Shown: piece by piece, positions 41,401-57,029 of the stretch
Numbering within the stretch: position 1 is the stretch's first letter
How the letters are laid out: every line of letters begins with the position of its first letter
From: Octopus vulgaris
Taxonomy: Eukaryota
DNA length: 64,000 nt
Direction: 5' to 3'
Assembly: GCA_951406725.2 (NCBI GenBank)
Contig: OX597815.1
Location: forward strand, 132,308,001-132,372,000
The notes under the pieces: generated by a model
Seen by the model: only the letters and a program-made list of their open reading frames with translations
Told to the model about the DNA's origin: nothing
Database searches by the model: none
Program-made: the position numbers and the translations under genes

Positions 41401-41879
41401 GCAAAGATGTATATTTGTCTGGTTGTCTATATGAATGTTGTCCAGTATATATGGTGATTTACAATATGATATCTATAAAAATAACTATACACAATATTTT
41501 AAGGTTTCTGTCTTCTGCAATGTATAGAAAATCATAAAAACTATACTACTCATGATGGTATCATTAATCCTACTATACCTTTGTTGATTCTATTATAATA
41601 TTTTTTTTATGACTTTGTTTAACTTTTCAGATAAATACGATTCGTGGGGAAGGACACTACGCAAAGTTTCTGATTTCTGTTTTTAAAGACAAATTTTAAA
41701 GAAGCCAAATATATATTCTGCGTAACGATACATTTAGAAATATCAGTAATACAATCAACATACAAATATTATGGAGTCCTTAAATAAAAAGAAAATGCTT
41801 TAAAAGCCATAAAATATTGACAGTGGTAAATGATTAACGTGTATACACTCTGCATACTTGTATATATACACACACACAG

Positions 41880-41923
<44 letters not shown>

Positions 41924-41966
41924 GCGCATATATATATATGTATATGAATACACATATATATGTATA

Positions 41967-42032
<66 letters not shown>

Positions 42033-42399
42033 TAGGTACGTACGTATGTATATATGTATCTTGTATCTTTTACTTTTTTCAGTCATTACACTACAGCAAT
42101 AGTGGGGCATCGCCTAGAAGAATTTTAGTAGAACGAATCGACTCCAGCCTGGTACTTATTCTATCGGTTATTTTGACCGAACCGCTATTTTATAGTCTTG
42201 TAAACACAGCTGGAATACACATCGTCGTAACTGGTGTGGTGCCTGTTACACTTCTGAGATCTTCAGCTTTCATTTCATTTTCTTTTAAAGTAACGGGATT
42301 TATAATTACGTAAATTCCATTTAAAGTCACCATTACAACAACATACAAACATTTAGAGATTTCAATCGATTCTCATATACACCATATTTAATATCCTTT

Positions 42400-42778
42400 T
42401 ATTCTTTTGTTCGTTTCAGTCATTTGACTGCTGCCTTGCTGGAGCAACACATTTAGTCGAACAAATTGGCCTTAGGACTTATTCTTTGTAAGTCTAGTAA
42501 TTATTCTATCGGCATCTTTTGCCGAGCCGCTAAGTTACTTGAGTGTAAACACACCAATATCGGTTGTCAAGCGATGGTGGGGGAACAAACACAAATATAC
42601 AAACATACACACACATGTATATACGACGGGCTTCATTCAGTTTCCGTCTATCAAATCCACTCACAAGCCATTGGTAAGCCCGAGGCTATAGTAGAAGGCA
42701 ATTGCCCAAGGTGCCATGCAGTGGGACTGAACGCAGAACAATGTGGTTGGTAAGCAAGCTACTTACCACACAGCCAAG
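42400..42778 (-). mobile_element. SINE family 1 (another partial at 42065-42210)
   Basis: Colinear with 7165-7570. Confidence 0.82.
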
Positions 42779-43391
42779 AATATATAATATAATCTTTGTG
42801 TGTGCATGTGCGTGTGTGTGTGTGAGTGTGTGTGTGCGTAATACGCATACATATATACATACAAGCACATATGTATGTGTGCGTGCATATACATATGAAT
42901 GTATGTGTGATTAGCTTATATGTATATCGTTTACACGCACACTCACAACGCACTAGTAATTATGCGTATGCGTGTATGAAGGTATTAGAACAAATGTATA
43001 CATTTACATATACGTATATATGTGTATATACATATATGGACCTCAATATTTATATCTTCAATTATGTAGTAACATGATTGTGTGTTCCTGAGGAAACATG
43101 TATGTAATAATATTTCTTGTAAAATGTTATTTAGGCTGTTGCATTCACAATCTGGTAATTGCTTATTGGATTCCCCGTAGCAAAATATTTTACCCCACGT
43201 TGCTCCTCTCCACTCAGCTGCCAATGGGTAACCTTACAATGAACAAATCTTCCTGCCGGGTAGAAAGTTTGCCTGACTGCTTATCCAGTGGTGTGGCAAC
43301 ATTCGAAAGGTAAGGCGATTCAAACTGCCTTGTTTATCAGCGATGTATAGCAGCATCCGATAGTCTGGTCGATTTCATCATGTGTGTGTGC

Positions 43392-43424
<33 letters not shown>

Positions 43425-43695
43425 GGACAGGTGTTAAAATAATAAAATAACAATAATAAACGTGTGAATAAATATACACTGTGTGTCTGTTTATTTTGTC
43501 AAAAAAAAATAAAAACTTAAATGACTATCGTGAAAAACAACAATATCTGTTTTAACTCACGATTTCCCATCAGGAATTTTTCAAAAAGAATTGATATATA
43601 TATACCTATATAAAACGAATTGGTTAATGAAAGACGGAAGAGGGAATAATCGAGAATTTATCATTAATCACGATAATTGGTTAGACACAGCTAGC

Positions 43696-43987
43696 TGTAT
43701 TGCGTGTTCGTTTCTTTTCTTCCGTCTGTTATTTTATTTTTGCTCTTCTATATAAAAAATTCTTCCGTCTAGCTGTATTTCTTTCTACAAAACGAAAAGT
43801 TACATTGCAGAACTGCTATTTTAACGAGTCGTGTCTATCTTACACCCGCTGTGATATATCTCCACCGCCGGATGCCCCTGAATCAGTTGTTGAGTGACCC
43901 ACCAGTGAGGGAACGATGCTAGATGTGTCGAAACAATTGTTGTGATTAATGATAAATTCTCCTAAATTCCATCTATCGTCTTTCATT

Positions 43988-43992
<5 letters not shown>
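43696..43992 (+). mobile_element. pLTR-like repeat family B, copy 2
   Basis: Homologous to 16082-16385; agatgtgtcGAAAcaattgt at 43921-43940; ends in (TA)n. Confidence 0.65.
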
Positions 43993-44041
<49 letters not shown>

Positions 44042-44649
44042 CATGATCACCGTCGAACAAGCTGGTCACAGAGACCTTATAGAGCTCTGGATTTTCCTCG
44101 AACCTTGACTCAATTAGGAAGAAAAAAGAACGAATTTATTTGTTTGTTATGCCTTTGTCAATCCGCACATGCAATTACTGGGCGGTGTCCTGGAAGCTAA
44201 AAAGTTAAAAGACAAAAAGGCAAACCTAGTAAATAACTGCCAACTAACTCAACAGAATCCGTGAAGAGTCAAATTGATTCTGTGAGAAAGGAAGTTAACA
44301 AAAAACATTAATACTCTAGACGACTGCGTGTCCAAGAAGAACACTCTTAGCAAAACGAAGAGCCACCAGCAACTACAGGAAAAGTAGAAGAATTGTACAC
44401 AAGCAGCTGACGTCCGTGAGAGTGCATACATTTATTCACCTGTCCCGAACAATGATATCCAGCGTGCTATGATTTCCTTGCGGGAAGTTTTGTTGCGAAA
44501 ATTCCAGCAATATCTTTTACATGTATGTATGTATGCACGTATGTATGTATGTATATATGTATGTATGTATGTGTGTATGTATGTATGTATGTATGTATGT
44601 ATGTATGTATGTATGTATGTATGTATGTATGTTTGTGTGTGTGTGTGTG

Positions 44650-44908
44650 TTCTCTTTCTCTTTCTAATTTACAGTAAATTTTGACCTACCACTTACTTGG
44701 AAGCAAAACTGTGATGGAAAGCATTTTTTTTTATTTTTTAGCCATCAACTTTTAAATCTCATGAAGGTCTTGCAGATGTTTATAGTTCCAGGCATCGTGA
44801 TCGTTTGTAATGTACGATTTGCGTTCTTTGAATCCAAGTTCAGCCATATTTTACTCCAGACGTGTTGGTATGTATCCAGCTTCTCCAAAAATAGGTATGA
44901 ACCTGAAA
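44650..44908 (-). mobile_element. RLE LINE extreme 3' fragment related to the 40.6-41.2 kb element
   Basis: LQTITMPGTINICKTFMRF versus LQIQSVTGNINICKSFQKF; followed by (CATA)n on its own strand. Confidence 0.7.
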
Positions 44909-45767
44909 GTGTGTGTATGTATATATGCATTCATACAATGTCGGGGCTTCTTTGGACCTGATAATAGTAGATAATATGACGTGTTTGAATTGTCGTCATC
45001 AGTAAACTCCCTTGTGTGTTCATGTGGAGTTTGTACAGATTCCTACATGCATACAAGTACCTACATGCATATGTGTATGTTCTAATTGACATTCTCTATA
45101 TCTGAGCGTTATCACATGAAGCACATTCACATATATATATCCATTTTACGTGTCACTACTTTCGACTAAAATAGAAGGATTTTGAAATGCTTTTAAAATT
45201 TCCATACTACAAGTGATCGATTGTATCCGGAGGATGCAAGGCTGACCTTTCTGTTGTCTTCTTGAAAACCTCAGCTTTTCCGATATTCTCTATAAATAAT
45301 TTCTGTTGTTAGATAGCGGTTTGAAAATGACATTGTTAATCGACAGATATCGCTTCTCAATGAAGTTGCAGCGCATCTTACATCTGCGTTACATTATATT
45401 TGCTCTTGCTGGTTTCGATATTCCAGAAAAATACAAATGTTCAATAATTCTTCCACTCTACAACAGCATATAGAAACTCCAGCAGTTTTACCTGCTGATC
45501 CATTTGATTATAGTAAGGCAAATTACTGTAGGTCCAAATATCTCCAGAGATATTGAAAATTGTCATCTCTAAAGATATTGAGAATTTTCATCTTCAGAGT
45601 TATTGAGAATTGTCATCTAAGCATGTCTATTCTGTTTTCATTATGTAATCATGATTTAACCGTTAAGCGATATGTTCTAAATATAAATTTACCTTCTTTT
45701 TATTACATAGACAATCTGCCTGTGACCTTAAATACGTGTGTATGTGTATGTATGTATGTGTGTATGC

Positions 45768-46312
45768 ATTGGGAATTTGATGTTCTGGATCGGAACAAGT
45801 GGAGAGGTGTTGTTAGGGCTGGTTGCAACGCATGGGCCGAAAAGATGATTCAGCACTCTGAGCTTAAAAGGGCCTATTGAAAAGGTATAATTGGAACTGA
45901 ACTCAACTGTGAAAACCGGATATGTATTATGTGTGATCGTGTTCTTTTGTCAAAAGCAGGATACGTGAATCATATGGAGTTACATGAAAATCGAAATGCC
46001 CATGTGGGTAATAATCGTGAAACCCGACGACTTCTTACAGCTTGTGTCATATGTCACAAAACTTGTAAGACAATATTTGGACTTAAAAGACATAGGCTAG
46101 TTCACAAAAGCATTAATTCAGAATCAGATTCCAAAGAGCAAAGATATAGAAAAAAACTAGAATAATATCTATTACTTGTGTTTTAAACCATCAGTCAACA
46201 GCTGGTCTTAAAGTCATTTGAGGGCTCACCGACGGAGGGATTGTGCTGTATGATGGAGTGTGATATGTGTGTTAATGAGACGGCTATCATTTGGCAAGAT
46301 TAAGCAATCATC
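45768..46312 (+). mobile_element. RTE-like LINE C-terminus with three C2H2-like fingers and (TATG)n tail
   Basis: WEFDVLDRNKWRGVV; C..CDRVLLSKAGYVNHMELH; CVICHKTCKTIFGLKRHRLVH; AGLKSHLRAH. Confidence 0.75.
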
Positions 46313-48131
46313 ATGTATGTATGTATGTAATGTATGTATATATGTATGTGTGTGTGTATGTATGTATGTATGTTTGGGTGTATGTATGCCTGCCTATGTG
46401 TATGCATTTATGTGAGTTTGTAAGTATTATGTAATCATTCAAGCGTGTATGTTTTCAAAAATGGCGAGTGACAAATCATAAGTAACTCGCAGCCGGCAAA
46501 AAAAAAATCATTTAATTATTTTTCCTTGGTAGTTGTAGCTATTTTATTTGCCCTACTGTTGTGGTTCGAAAAGACAAAGACTAATTCCATCTGTGCTTTA
46601 ATCTAATAATGCTGATTATCTCTCAATGAAAGCTACTGATCGATGTAATTATGAATGAAATTTACTATATTTAGTAAAAACTAAGAATAAACTTAATTGT
46701 TTTCAACTGTAGACTGAACAGCTATAGTTTTCATGCACAACTGTATTTTCAGTAGCCATCTAAGTAACAACAGATTTCGCTATTTATCAAATACTTCTAG
46801 AATAAGGACCCTTATTCGCTTCCATAACGAGTGTTATATTACAGTATAATGCTCCTCTGAATATTCTTCCATATAAATCCAACTCAACTCACTTTAAAAG
46901 CATTTCCATACTTATCATAGCCCCATAATTTAATAATGAGTTTTCTGAACAATATATAAATGCGTACAGCTACCAACGTTCAAATATTTTATTACCTGCT
47001 CACATTTTCACTCACGGTACATAATATTGAAGACTGTCGAGTGCACGATGTACTAGATAAGCCGACGAGTATTAGTCGATCACATTTGTCTGATGCACGA
47101 ACATGGAAATTCAATACCAACTGCAGAATTCAAATTTTAAGTAACTGTTGTGGGTACTGTGGCAGCAATAACAGCCGAGAATTGACGACTCTAATTTTTT
47201 CAACAACTAACTAACGTAAAGTTAACTATGATCTTTACCATCCTATTCAAAGAAAGATTTGTAATCTATCAAAATAAATTTATGGAAACCGGAGATAGAT
47301 TCAGTCTCATTGTTATTCAAAATTAATGTCTCAATTCACGAACAGAAATTCACATAACTTAGTAACTACTCAAAGATTCACTAACGATATTATATATTTC
47401 TACTCACAATATTGTTCTGTTTTTTTTCCTAACCCGAATTCATTAAATCAATTCATGTTATACAGATATTTACATGAACATTCCAACGTTCTTAATGTTC
47501 CTAAAACATTAGCTGCATTTAATGGAAGTGACGTTGTTAGAAGATAATGTATGCAATGAATAATCAAGTTACAAGCATAATAAATTAAGTTTATCCCTAA
47601 AGACTATTTGAAGTTTCCATCATTCGAAATATCGCTAAACAACAGTAAAAAGACTAAACAAACTCGGGGTGAGCAACAGTAAAGCACATTTAGTATAGCT
47701 TACATTTCTGTTTGCTATATATTTGAAATATTTATGATTGAGAATTTCCATTTGATTAAAAGATTAAAGTAACAAACTTATGTGAAACGTTTCAAATAGC
47801 TGAAAAAATTTCCTTAACAAATCATCAGATATTGAAGATAACATTTGTAAAACTGAAGCAAAATTGAAGAAATAATGTGATATCAGAAAGTAATTGGATA
47901 TTCATAATTATAGATAAAACTATTTCACTCTGCTAATAACGTTATCCAGTTTATATTCTGCCATTATAAACCTAATCAAGTAAACTACAACTAAACTACT
48001 ATCGCTAAAATAATTTTACTTCAAATTTATTTTTGAATACCATATAGCCTGACTATTCCTGATATTACAGTTGTATAGCGTTAACGTCTATTTATATATA
48101 TATATATATATAGCCTATATATATATATATG

Positions 48132-48244
<113 letters not shown>

Positions 48245-48862
48245 TTATATACTTCCCACTCATGCAAAAATAACGACTTGAGTGTAATGTTATATACGAA
48301 GATATCAAAGCAAGAGGGACACTTTTAAAATGTTGACGTTCATTTCTATTAAATTTTGATAGAAATGTATCTATATAATATCAACTAATCAATCGACACG
48401 CACAGCTTTCGAAAATCTAAGTATTATTATACAAATATCTCAGAATACATATATTCTATGTCTATAACTATGTATCTGTATGTGTGTTTGTGTACACACA
48501 CACATACATATGTGTGGGTGTGTTTTTCTGTCTGTGTGTAGTAGTGGAGGCACGGTTAGGGTGCTCGTCTCCAGAATCGTAAGATTGTGTCTTCGATTCC
48601 TGGATTGGGCGATGCATTGTGCGCTTGAGCAAAACACTTCGTTCCATGTAACCTCATTCCACATACCAGACAAAAATGAATAATCTGCAGCAGACCGTTA
48701 TCCCATTCGGAGCTATTTTACACACGCCAGAAAACTCGTAAACCGGCCTTATTTATCCATATGATTTGGGTATGGACCATTATCTTTCATTTTATTAATC
48801 TATACACAAATACGTACACACACATAGATGTATCCACATATGCCACATACACGCGTGTTGTG

Positions 48863-48901
<39 letters not shown>

Positions 48902-49531
48902 TGTGTGTGTGTGTGGTGTGTTTGTGCGTGTATGTATGTGTGTGAAAGTGTGAGGCCTTGTGATTAGGGTTCTTTGTTTCCGACAGTAAATTTATGGGCT
49001 CTATTCCATGAGGTTGTCCTTAAGCAAAGCACTTTATTTGCCGTCTTTCCAATATGTTTAGGAACAAACGTAACCCCGTCCAGTGGTAGTTTATTCCTTT
49101 CACTTCATCTGCCTCTTCCTCGATTCGTGGATGATCGAGAGTGTGCACACAAACTACTTAGGCAGCGAAAAGAAAAGTATGTTACAGGTCAACTTAGTAT
49201 CGGTACTAAGTTGACCAGTATTTACTTGTTCTGACATAGTAGAGGTAAGGCGTTATTATTGTTGACTGATATTTTTTCCTATCATGTCTGTAGTAAATTT
49301 GTGACTATTCGGTGGTACAAAAGTATTTTTGACTTCTAATTTTTAGCGATGTAGGTGCTCATGGAGTGCCCTTGTGTATATATGTACATGTCTAATATTG
49401 TATATATATATTTTATTAATTTGCCTGTACCGCTGATAATTCGCTTGCCACTCGTGACGGTATTTTAATAATACCAACCCTATATTTATATATAGAGAGA
49501 GAGAGATAAACAGATAGATAGATAGACAGAC

Positions 49532-49631
<100 letters not shown>

Positions 49632-50099
49632 TCTTCAGAATGTCGATTGGAGTATTATCAAATATGTTTAGCTTATCAAATACTGTCTCCAATTTTTACG
49701 TATATTATACTGTAGACACTCTAGATGGAATAAGTCCAAATTATACAAGGGTTGACCTCAACGTGTAACGTGTTCATATTATTTAGCAAATGATTTTGAT
49801 TCTTTGAGAATATTTTTGTGTTTCATCTTTTATTGGTTTCAGTAACTTGACTGCTGCCAAACTAAGGTTCCAACTTGAAGGATCTTAGACAATTATATCG
49901 ACTCCAATAATCGACCTGATATTTATTTCATTGTTCTTGTACGTCAAATGCCATCATCGATGTGATGGGTGTTTGGCAGTTGGCACTTGCACAAATACCA
50001 GGTAATAATAGGCCCAAACCTCCAGCGACATGCTTGGGAAGCGAACGTCTTCAGTACATCTGTCACGTTGGCCAATATACAATATACAATTATTGAACT

Positions 50100-50482
50100 G
50101 CGGTCTTGCTGGAGCACCGATTTGAAGATTTTAGTCGAACAAATCGCCCCCAATACTTACATGTTTAAGCATGATACTTAATCCACCAATTTCTTTTTGT
50201 CGAACCGTCAAGTTACGAGACTGTAAACAAATTAACACCGCCAACAAGTAGAGGTGGATAAACACAAATATAAAGACACATACACACACATACACAGACA
50301 AAAATATATACATAGATATGCAAGACGGACTTCATTCAGTTTCCGTCTGCCATATCCACTGATAAGACTTTGGCCGGACCAGGACTTTTGCTAAACACTT
50401 GCCTAAGATGTGATGCATTGGGACTGAACCCACATCCATGTAGTTGGGAAGCGAACTCCTTACTTCAGTGCCACGCTTGCGA
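50100..50482 (-). mobile_element. Old SINE family 1
   Basis: Colinear decayed copy. Confidence 0.7.
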
Positions 50483-50844
50483 CTATGTGAATTTAGAGAC
50501 GATCAAAGAAATATTTAAAACAGTTTTATTGCATGATATATAAATATCAAATTTCCAGTTTTTTTGTTTTCTAATCATATTTCTGAAGTGACAGACATTC
50601 ATATCAACATTGTCAAATGACTGAAATAGTGACGGATTTGAACGTTCTGGGCAGTTTTGTTCACTATGGATCAGAGTTAACAGTTTGTACTGCGATAAAT
50701 GAATAAATGTAAGACTTTCGATGTCTTTTTAGTGGTGCTCATCCGAACGAGATCTTACTTTTCTAAGCAGTAATGAACACAAGACAGATGGGTATCGCTT
50801 TCCGTTATCCTATCCTCCACGTTGGGCTACAGAAATAAAGAAGT

Positions 50845-51000
50845 GGAAGAAGGAGAAGAAGAAGAAGAAGAAGAAGAAGAACAAGAAGAAGAACAACAAC
50901 AACAACAACAACAACAATAATGTGAAAGAGGATGAGGAAGGGGAGGAGGAGGAAGAGGAGGGTGCAGAAGAAGAAGAAGAAGAAGAAGAAGAAGAAGAGG
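50845..51000. repeat. Compound (GAA)n/(ACA)n/(GAG)n trinucleotide tract
   Basis: Read directly. Confidence 0.9.
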
Positions 51001-52744
51001 TGAAGTTCATTAACTGCTGCTGGAAAGTTTGAAAAGACTGGAATAGTAGTGGTAACTCCAAATAAATTAGAATTGTTATAAATGGTAGATGAATTGTTGG
51101 GGAAAATGCCCTCGGTTATGTTGAACAGCAGAATTAATTTCCTACAAGGCGACGAAATTTTCAAACTTTGAAAAAATTAGGCTATATATTTGCCGGGGGA
51201 GATGTACAACTAAATTAGTTAAAATCTGTGATTATCACGAAAAAATTGGCTTTTTCGAAAAGCATTTTCGATACTTTTCTTCAAGACTCTTCTGATGAGT
51301 CAATATTTATTTTCGTTCACATCTGTAATTACTTATAAAGTAATCCTTTTCCAGGTCTGGTTGAGATACCTCAACTCTAAATCGAGTAAAGATACATCTA
51401 AACTAGTACGTAATCTTAATCTCCGACCTAACGTGGAGTTTGTATCATAACACAAATTACTGTGTTGTTTACCTTGAGAGGATTTCTTGTAAGAACTCGA
51501 GAATAGTCGACTGTGCTAAAATAGTACCTGAATAGGCACTGAGATTCTATATATAGTTGACGTGAAGTTCGACTGCTATCGTGCTGATGGACATCCATCA
51601 TTGGGAAATCCATAGCAGACTGATATCACATGAGCTAGCACTATCGGCGACCGTAACAAATTCATACGTTCACATAAACACACAACGAATATATACATTC
51701 ACTTAAACACACTCTGCATGTAATTGTGAAGTAAAGATGTATGCATGGTACAAAGACGCTAAGCCAAATATATACTACAGATATGGTACAGACACACAAA
51801 AACCAGAAGCTGCGATTATATCATAGTAACTCATTATAGTCATCCAAACGAAACTACCATTATAAAGCAAGAAAAACATGAGCAATCTAACTGACCGTAA
51901 ATGCAATAGCTTACGAAATAAAAGTTTCTTTAAAGCTCTTTAGATATTCCCTAAGTATCTCTCTGTATATATTCTCGATTGTTAGTCCTTTATCACTATA
52001 ACATGCGGTAACTCTCCAAGCAAGAGTAGTGACAAACGGACAGAGCTAAATGCGCAAACTAATTTAATAATGGAGTCACCAAAACAATTATATTAAATGT
52101 TCATCACGATTCAATGACGAAATTATTTAGCGTCCTACATACTTATTAATATTATTGAGTAATTTTGGTAATAACGATATGTAAAAAATATCTACTCCAG
52201 GTCTTCTCTACTCGAAAGACTAATATAATTATGTAATTAAGAGTATGAATAAATAGAATTTTGGAAAGCAATATAAACAACATATCAAACAAATACGAAC
52301 ACCTTATAAATGATCTTTATCACTATTTTGCTTATGACGTAATGTATGAAAGATAATTAGCAAGGTATTTGTAACAAATCCAAGCGTTTAGTTGATTGTA
52401 ATTTAATTATTTATCTATTTAATTTAACAACGGGAATGTTACCTGCGTATTAGTGATACTCAACGCCAGGGCAATAACAGAGGAATTCAAGGCCAAACTT
52501 TCATCCTTAATCCTTTCTTCTTAGGGATAATGCCTGAAATTTTGCGAGTAGCAGCTGGTCGATTACATCGACCCTAGCGCTCAACTGGCTATATTTTATT
52601 GACTCCTTAAAGACGAGAGGCAAGTCCAGTGCGACAGCATTTGAAGAAGAGTTAATCGTGCTATCATGTTAGCAGCTATGAATGATGTTGGACTATATTT
52701 TTGAAGATAGTGTTTGATCATATTAACGTAATTACATGAAGATT

Positions 52745-53303
<559 letters not shown>

Positions 53304-53640
53304 ACCCTTTGTTGTAATGGACGAAACCGCCTGTAGTTAAAATTCTTACTTTGATTATATCAAAGATTAAGACAGGAGAAAGAAGAGGGCGAGAATGTGA
53401 ATCATTTATTGTTAGAGACGACTAACAATTAGTCGTTCGTTCATTTCGTTTCGATAAAACCAGAGTAGTCTCTCATTATCGGAGCCTAACGTATTAAATG
53501 TTATTATGAACACGGCGGGATTGTCACGCACGGAACACCTATGCTTTGTTCGATTACGGCTGATTTGAGAATATAAAACAAAGTCTACTTCAAGCTGACA
53601 TGAGGAGATCTTCAGTAGAGGTGTCAACCTGCTAGGTATA

Positions 53641-53873
53641 TATTTCTTTACTATCCACAAGGGGCTAAACATAGAGGGGACAAACAAGGACAGACAAACG
53701 GATCAAGTCGATTACATCGACCCCTGTGCGAAACTGGTACTTTATTTATCGACCCCGAAAGGATGAAAGGCAAAGTCTACCACGGCGGAATTTGAACTCA
53801 AAACGTAACGTCAGACGAAATACCGCTAAGCATTTCGCCCGGTGCGCTAACGTTTCTGCCAGCTCGCCGCCTT
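53641..53873 (-). mobile_element. SINE family 2 with 17-bp target-site duplication
   Basis: tcaacctgctaggtata at 53624-53640 and 53874-53890. Confidence 0.9.
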
Positions 53874-53942
53874 TCAACCTGCTAGGTATAGCAATTAAAT
53901 TTTCGTCAAATCATATTCTATTGCCTTAAATTAGGAAGAGAC

Positions 53943-54022
53943 ATACTGCATTCAGTAGCTGTAACGGCCGAAAACTAGCGATACTGCATTCAGTAGCTGT
54001 AACGGCCGAAAACTAGCGATAC
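53943..54022. repeat. Perfect 38-bp tandem duplication
   Basis: atactgcattcagtagctgtaacggccgaaaactagcg twice, then atac. Confidence 0.9.
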
Positions 54023-54072
54023 GTTTGAATCTCAGATTGCCAGTCAGTTTGAATCAAACTATTTTGATATAC

Positions 54073-54103
<31 letters not shown>

Positions 54104-54238
54104 TGTATGTATGTATGTATGTATGTATGTATGAATGTATGTATGTATGTATGTATGTATGTATGTATGTATGTATGTATGTATGTGTGTATGTATCTAT
54201 ATATACACACATACATATGTATGTCATATATCATATAT

Positions 54239-54462
54239 CTGGCAGAAACGTTAGCATACCGGACGAAATGCTTTGCGGTATTTCGTCTGCCGCCACATTC
54301 TGTGTTCAAATTCCGCCGAGGTCGATTTTGCCTTTCATCCTTTTGGGGTGGATTAAATAAGTACCAGTTACGCACTGGGGTCGATGTAATCGACTTAATC
54401 CGTTTTGTCTGTCCTTGTTTGTCCCCACTGTGTGTAGCCCCTTGTGGGCAGTAAAGAAATAA
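54239..54462 (+). mobile_element. SINE family 2
   Basis: Close match to other copies. Confidence 0.85.
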
Positions 54463-57029
54463 TATATGCGTATGTACGTATGTAATGAATAGATAGGAAT
54501 AAAGTATCAAAGCGGGTGTTGTATGAACAGTCAGTTATAATCCAGGAACATTCAGAGTAAGTAATGTATTTCATCCGATGGGTAAGTCTTGGGCTCGCTT
54601 CGTTGAATTATGAATATTTCATGCAGTTTATATCGAAGAATACAGAGAAATGGACATCTCCATACTTTGCATTTCTACGATCAATTACATCGCATATTTG
54701 CTTCAGATGCTTCCGACACACGTTTCTGTGGATAGACATTTCACAATTGCATTTGCATCCAGCTACTTGCAACTGAACTGCTTATTAGTCTATAGAACTT
54801 TGTTCAATGTTTTAATTCACCATCGTAAGGTTGTGAATTCGACAACCGACGGCGATTTGTGTCTTTGAGCAAGACAATGTGATTCACGTTACTCCAGTCT
54901 ACTCAATCAGCAAAAATGAGTAGTATCTACATTCCTGGGGAGCGACGTTAAGGTTACGCTTGTCTGTGGAGTGCTCAGTCACTTGGATGCTCGTTTCACG
55001 AGCAGGTTTTTTCCGTTGAACAGATCAAATGGAATCCCTGTCGCTGTAATCGACGGACTACATTTAGTGATATTAAAAGTATGTATAAAGCAATAAAAAC
55101 AAACCAATGGATAATATGGTGTTGCCACAGTTGTTTCAATAAGAGATTTTATTGCATTGTAACATCGACCCTATTAAATGTAAATATATTTGTATGCATG
55201 TATGTATGCATGTATGTATGTATGTATGTATGTATGTATGTATGTATGTATGTATGTATATATATATGAAACGGGCACACACAAGCATGCAAACACACAC
55301 ACAAAAATGTCCCTCCTGTGAGTTACACCTGTGTTCAAAAGCTCGCAGGTTTCTCCCAGCTTATTCAATCCAATTTCAGGTTTAGCAAACCTTTAGTGCA
55401 TTTTGTTATAAAAAGAATTAGGGTCTCGATATTCTGATTGAATTTTCCATGTGTTTGCGACAATCTAAACTTGCATTTAATCAAAATATCCTTGACCTGG
55501 CGTGTAGCCAGTGGTATACACTTCGCTTGGATTTACCACACCTGAGTTTCATCTCGCTATGAAACACATGTAGCACCAATCTTATCTGCCCCATTCCTTA
55601 ATTCTTGTATTCTAATTCGCATTCCAGGAAACAAGTGGTTGCCTACGTGAAATATAAAAAGAACGTTTTGAATTTATCGCACTTCAATAAGAAAAAGAAT
55701 CTACAACCTTCCGTCTCAATAAAACCCCTGTACACAAAAGATCTCAAGTCTCTCCCAGCATGTCCTATCCAATTTCAGATTTTGCAAATCTTTAGAGCAT
55801 TTTGTCATGTAAAGAATTAGGACCTCGATATTTAGTTACACAGTGCAACTACCTCCTGCATCATGGCGACATAGCATTTATAAAAACTCTGGCCGTAATA
55901 TGCATTCCGTAACGCTTAACATACTTCCCTCATTGTCATCCATCGTTATACGAGTCAACTTTTAAGTCATTTTAGTATTATAAAATTCCATTTTATAACA
56001 AAATATTCAGGAGCACGAAGCTTCCGTGACTCGCTTGATGCCAGCAATGTCACATAAATATCAATGACTAAAAAGTGTAACCCCAATTCCCTCTGCCCGC
56101 ATAGCAGTAGTTTGTGAAGTTTTCTTCCTCTTTGTCTCGTTATTATAAAAAATTTGTGTGATCTTCATCATATTGAATATGATTTGATTCAAACAGCTAT
56201 TATCACAAAACCTACAACCATCTTGTAGACTAGACATACATAATAGTAATATTATAATCATATTAAAATAGATATTGTCTACCATAATGAAACTATGAAT
56301 CACATTTACAACACAAATAATAACGTAATTCATATTGTGATGAATAGAAAAATGAATTGCTTCGCTGCCTCCTCCAAATTTAACTTATTTTTTTATACAA
56401 TCCTTCGAGAAAGCGTGTTGATTTGCACTTTTTTTTTTTTGTTCTGTCTTGCATTGTTTTCAGAAATGTTACAAATATGTAAACTATGACAAGTATTTCT
56501 TACTTTGTATTACCACTACTGAACTATGAACCCAGTTTGCAAGCATTAATTTATATATTACTGGTTAAATAGAGGATTAAAGGGAAAAGCTAGACATCAT
56601 TATTCTAATGGCATAATTGTTTAGCAATAAGCTCTAACAGAAAATAGGGGAGAGTAAAACTATCGAAGCCAGACAGCAAACTAATATATTTCGCAATTAG
56701 GCATTATATATTTATGTATTCTCTGTAGCTTATATTTTTTCATTTTATATTTCAAAGATGTTTGTGAAGATAAATCAAACTGTAGACTATTGTGAATAAA
56801 TTAGAAAGCTAATTTTACTGTTTGTTTTCAAATACTAGTTTGAAGAATTAGTATATATAAGTGTGTGTGTGTCTGTGCTTGTGTGTGTGCGTTTGTGTGT
56901 GTGTGTGCGTGCGTGTGTGTGCGCGTGTGTGTGTGTGTGTATGTGTCTGTGTGTGTGTTTAAGAGAGAGAGAGGACGTATATGTGAGTGTGTATGTATCC
57001 ATATGTATAGAGAAAACGGCACAAACAGA

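Noticed and set aside
45929-46230. Host C2H2 zinc-finger gene
   Set aside because: Contiguous with an RTE-like C-terminus, has stops and frameshifts, and ends in a microsatellite tail
51285-51305. CTGATGAG hammerhead core
   Set aside because: No downstream stem II closure, GAAA or stem III; the same applies to ctgatgag near 60751
56061-56333. 90-aa minus-strand ORF
   Set aside because: No recognisable motif or splice support
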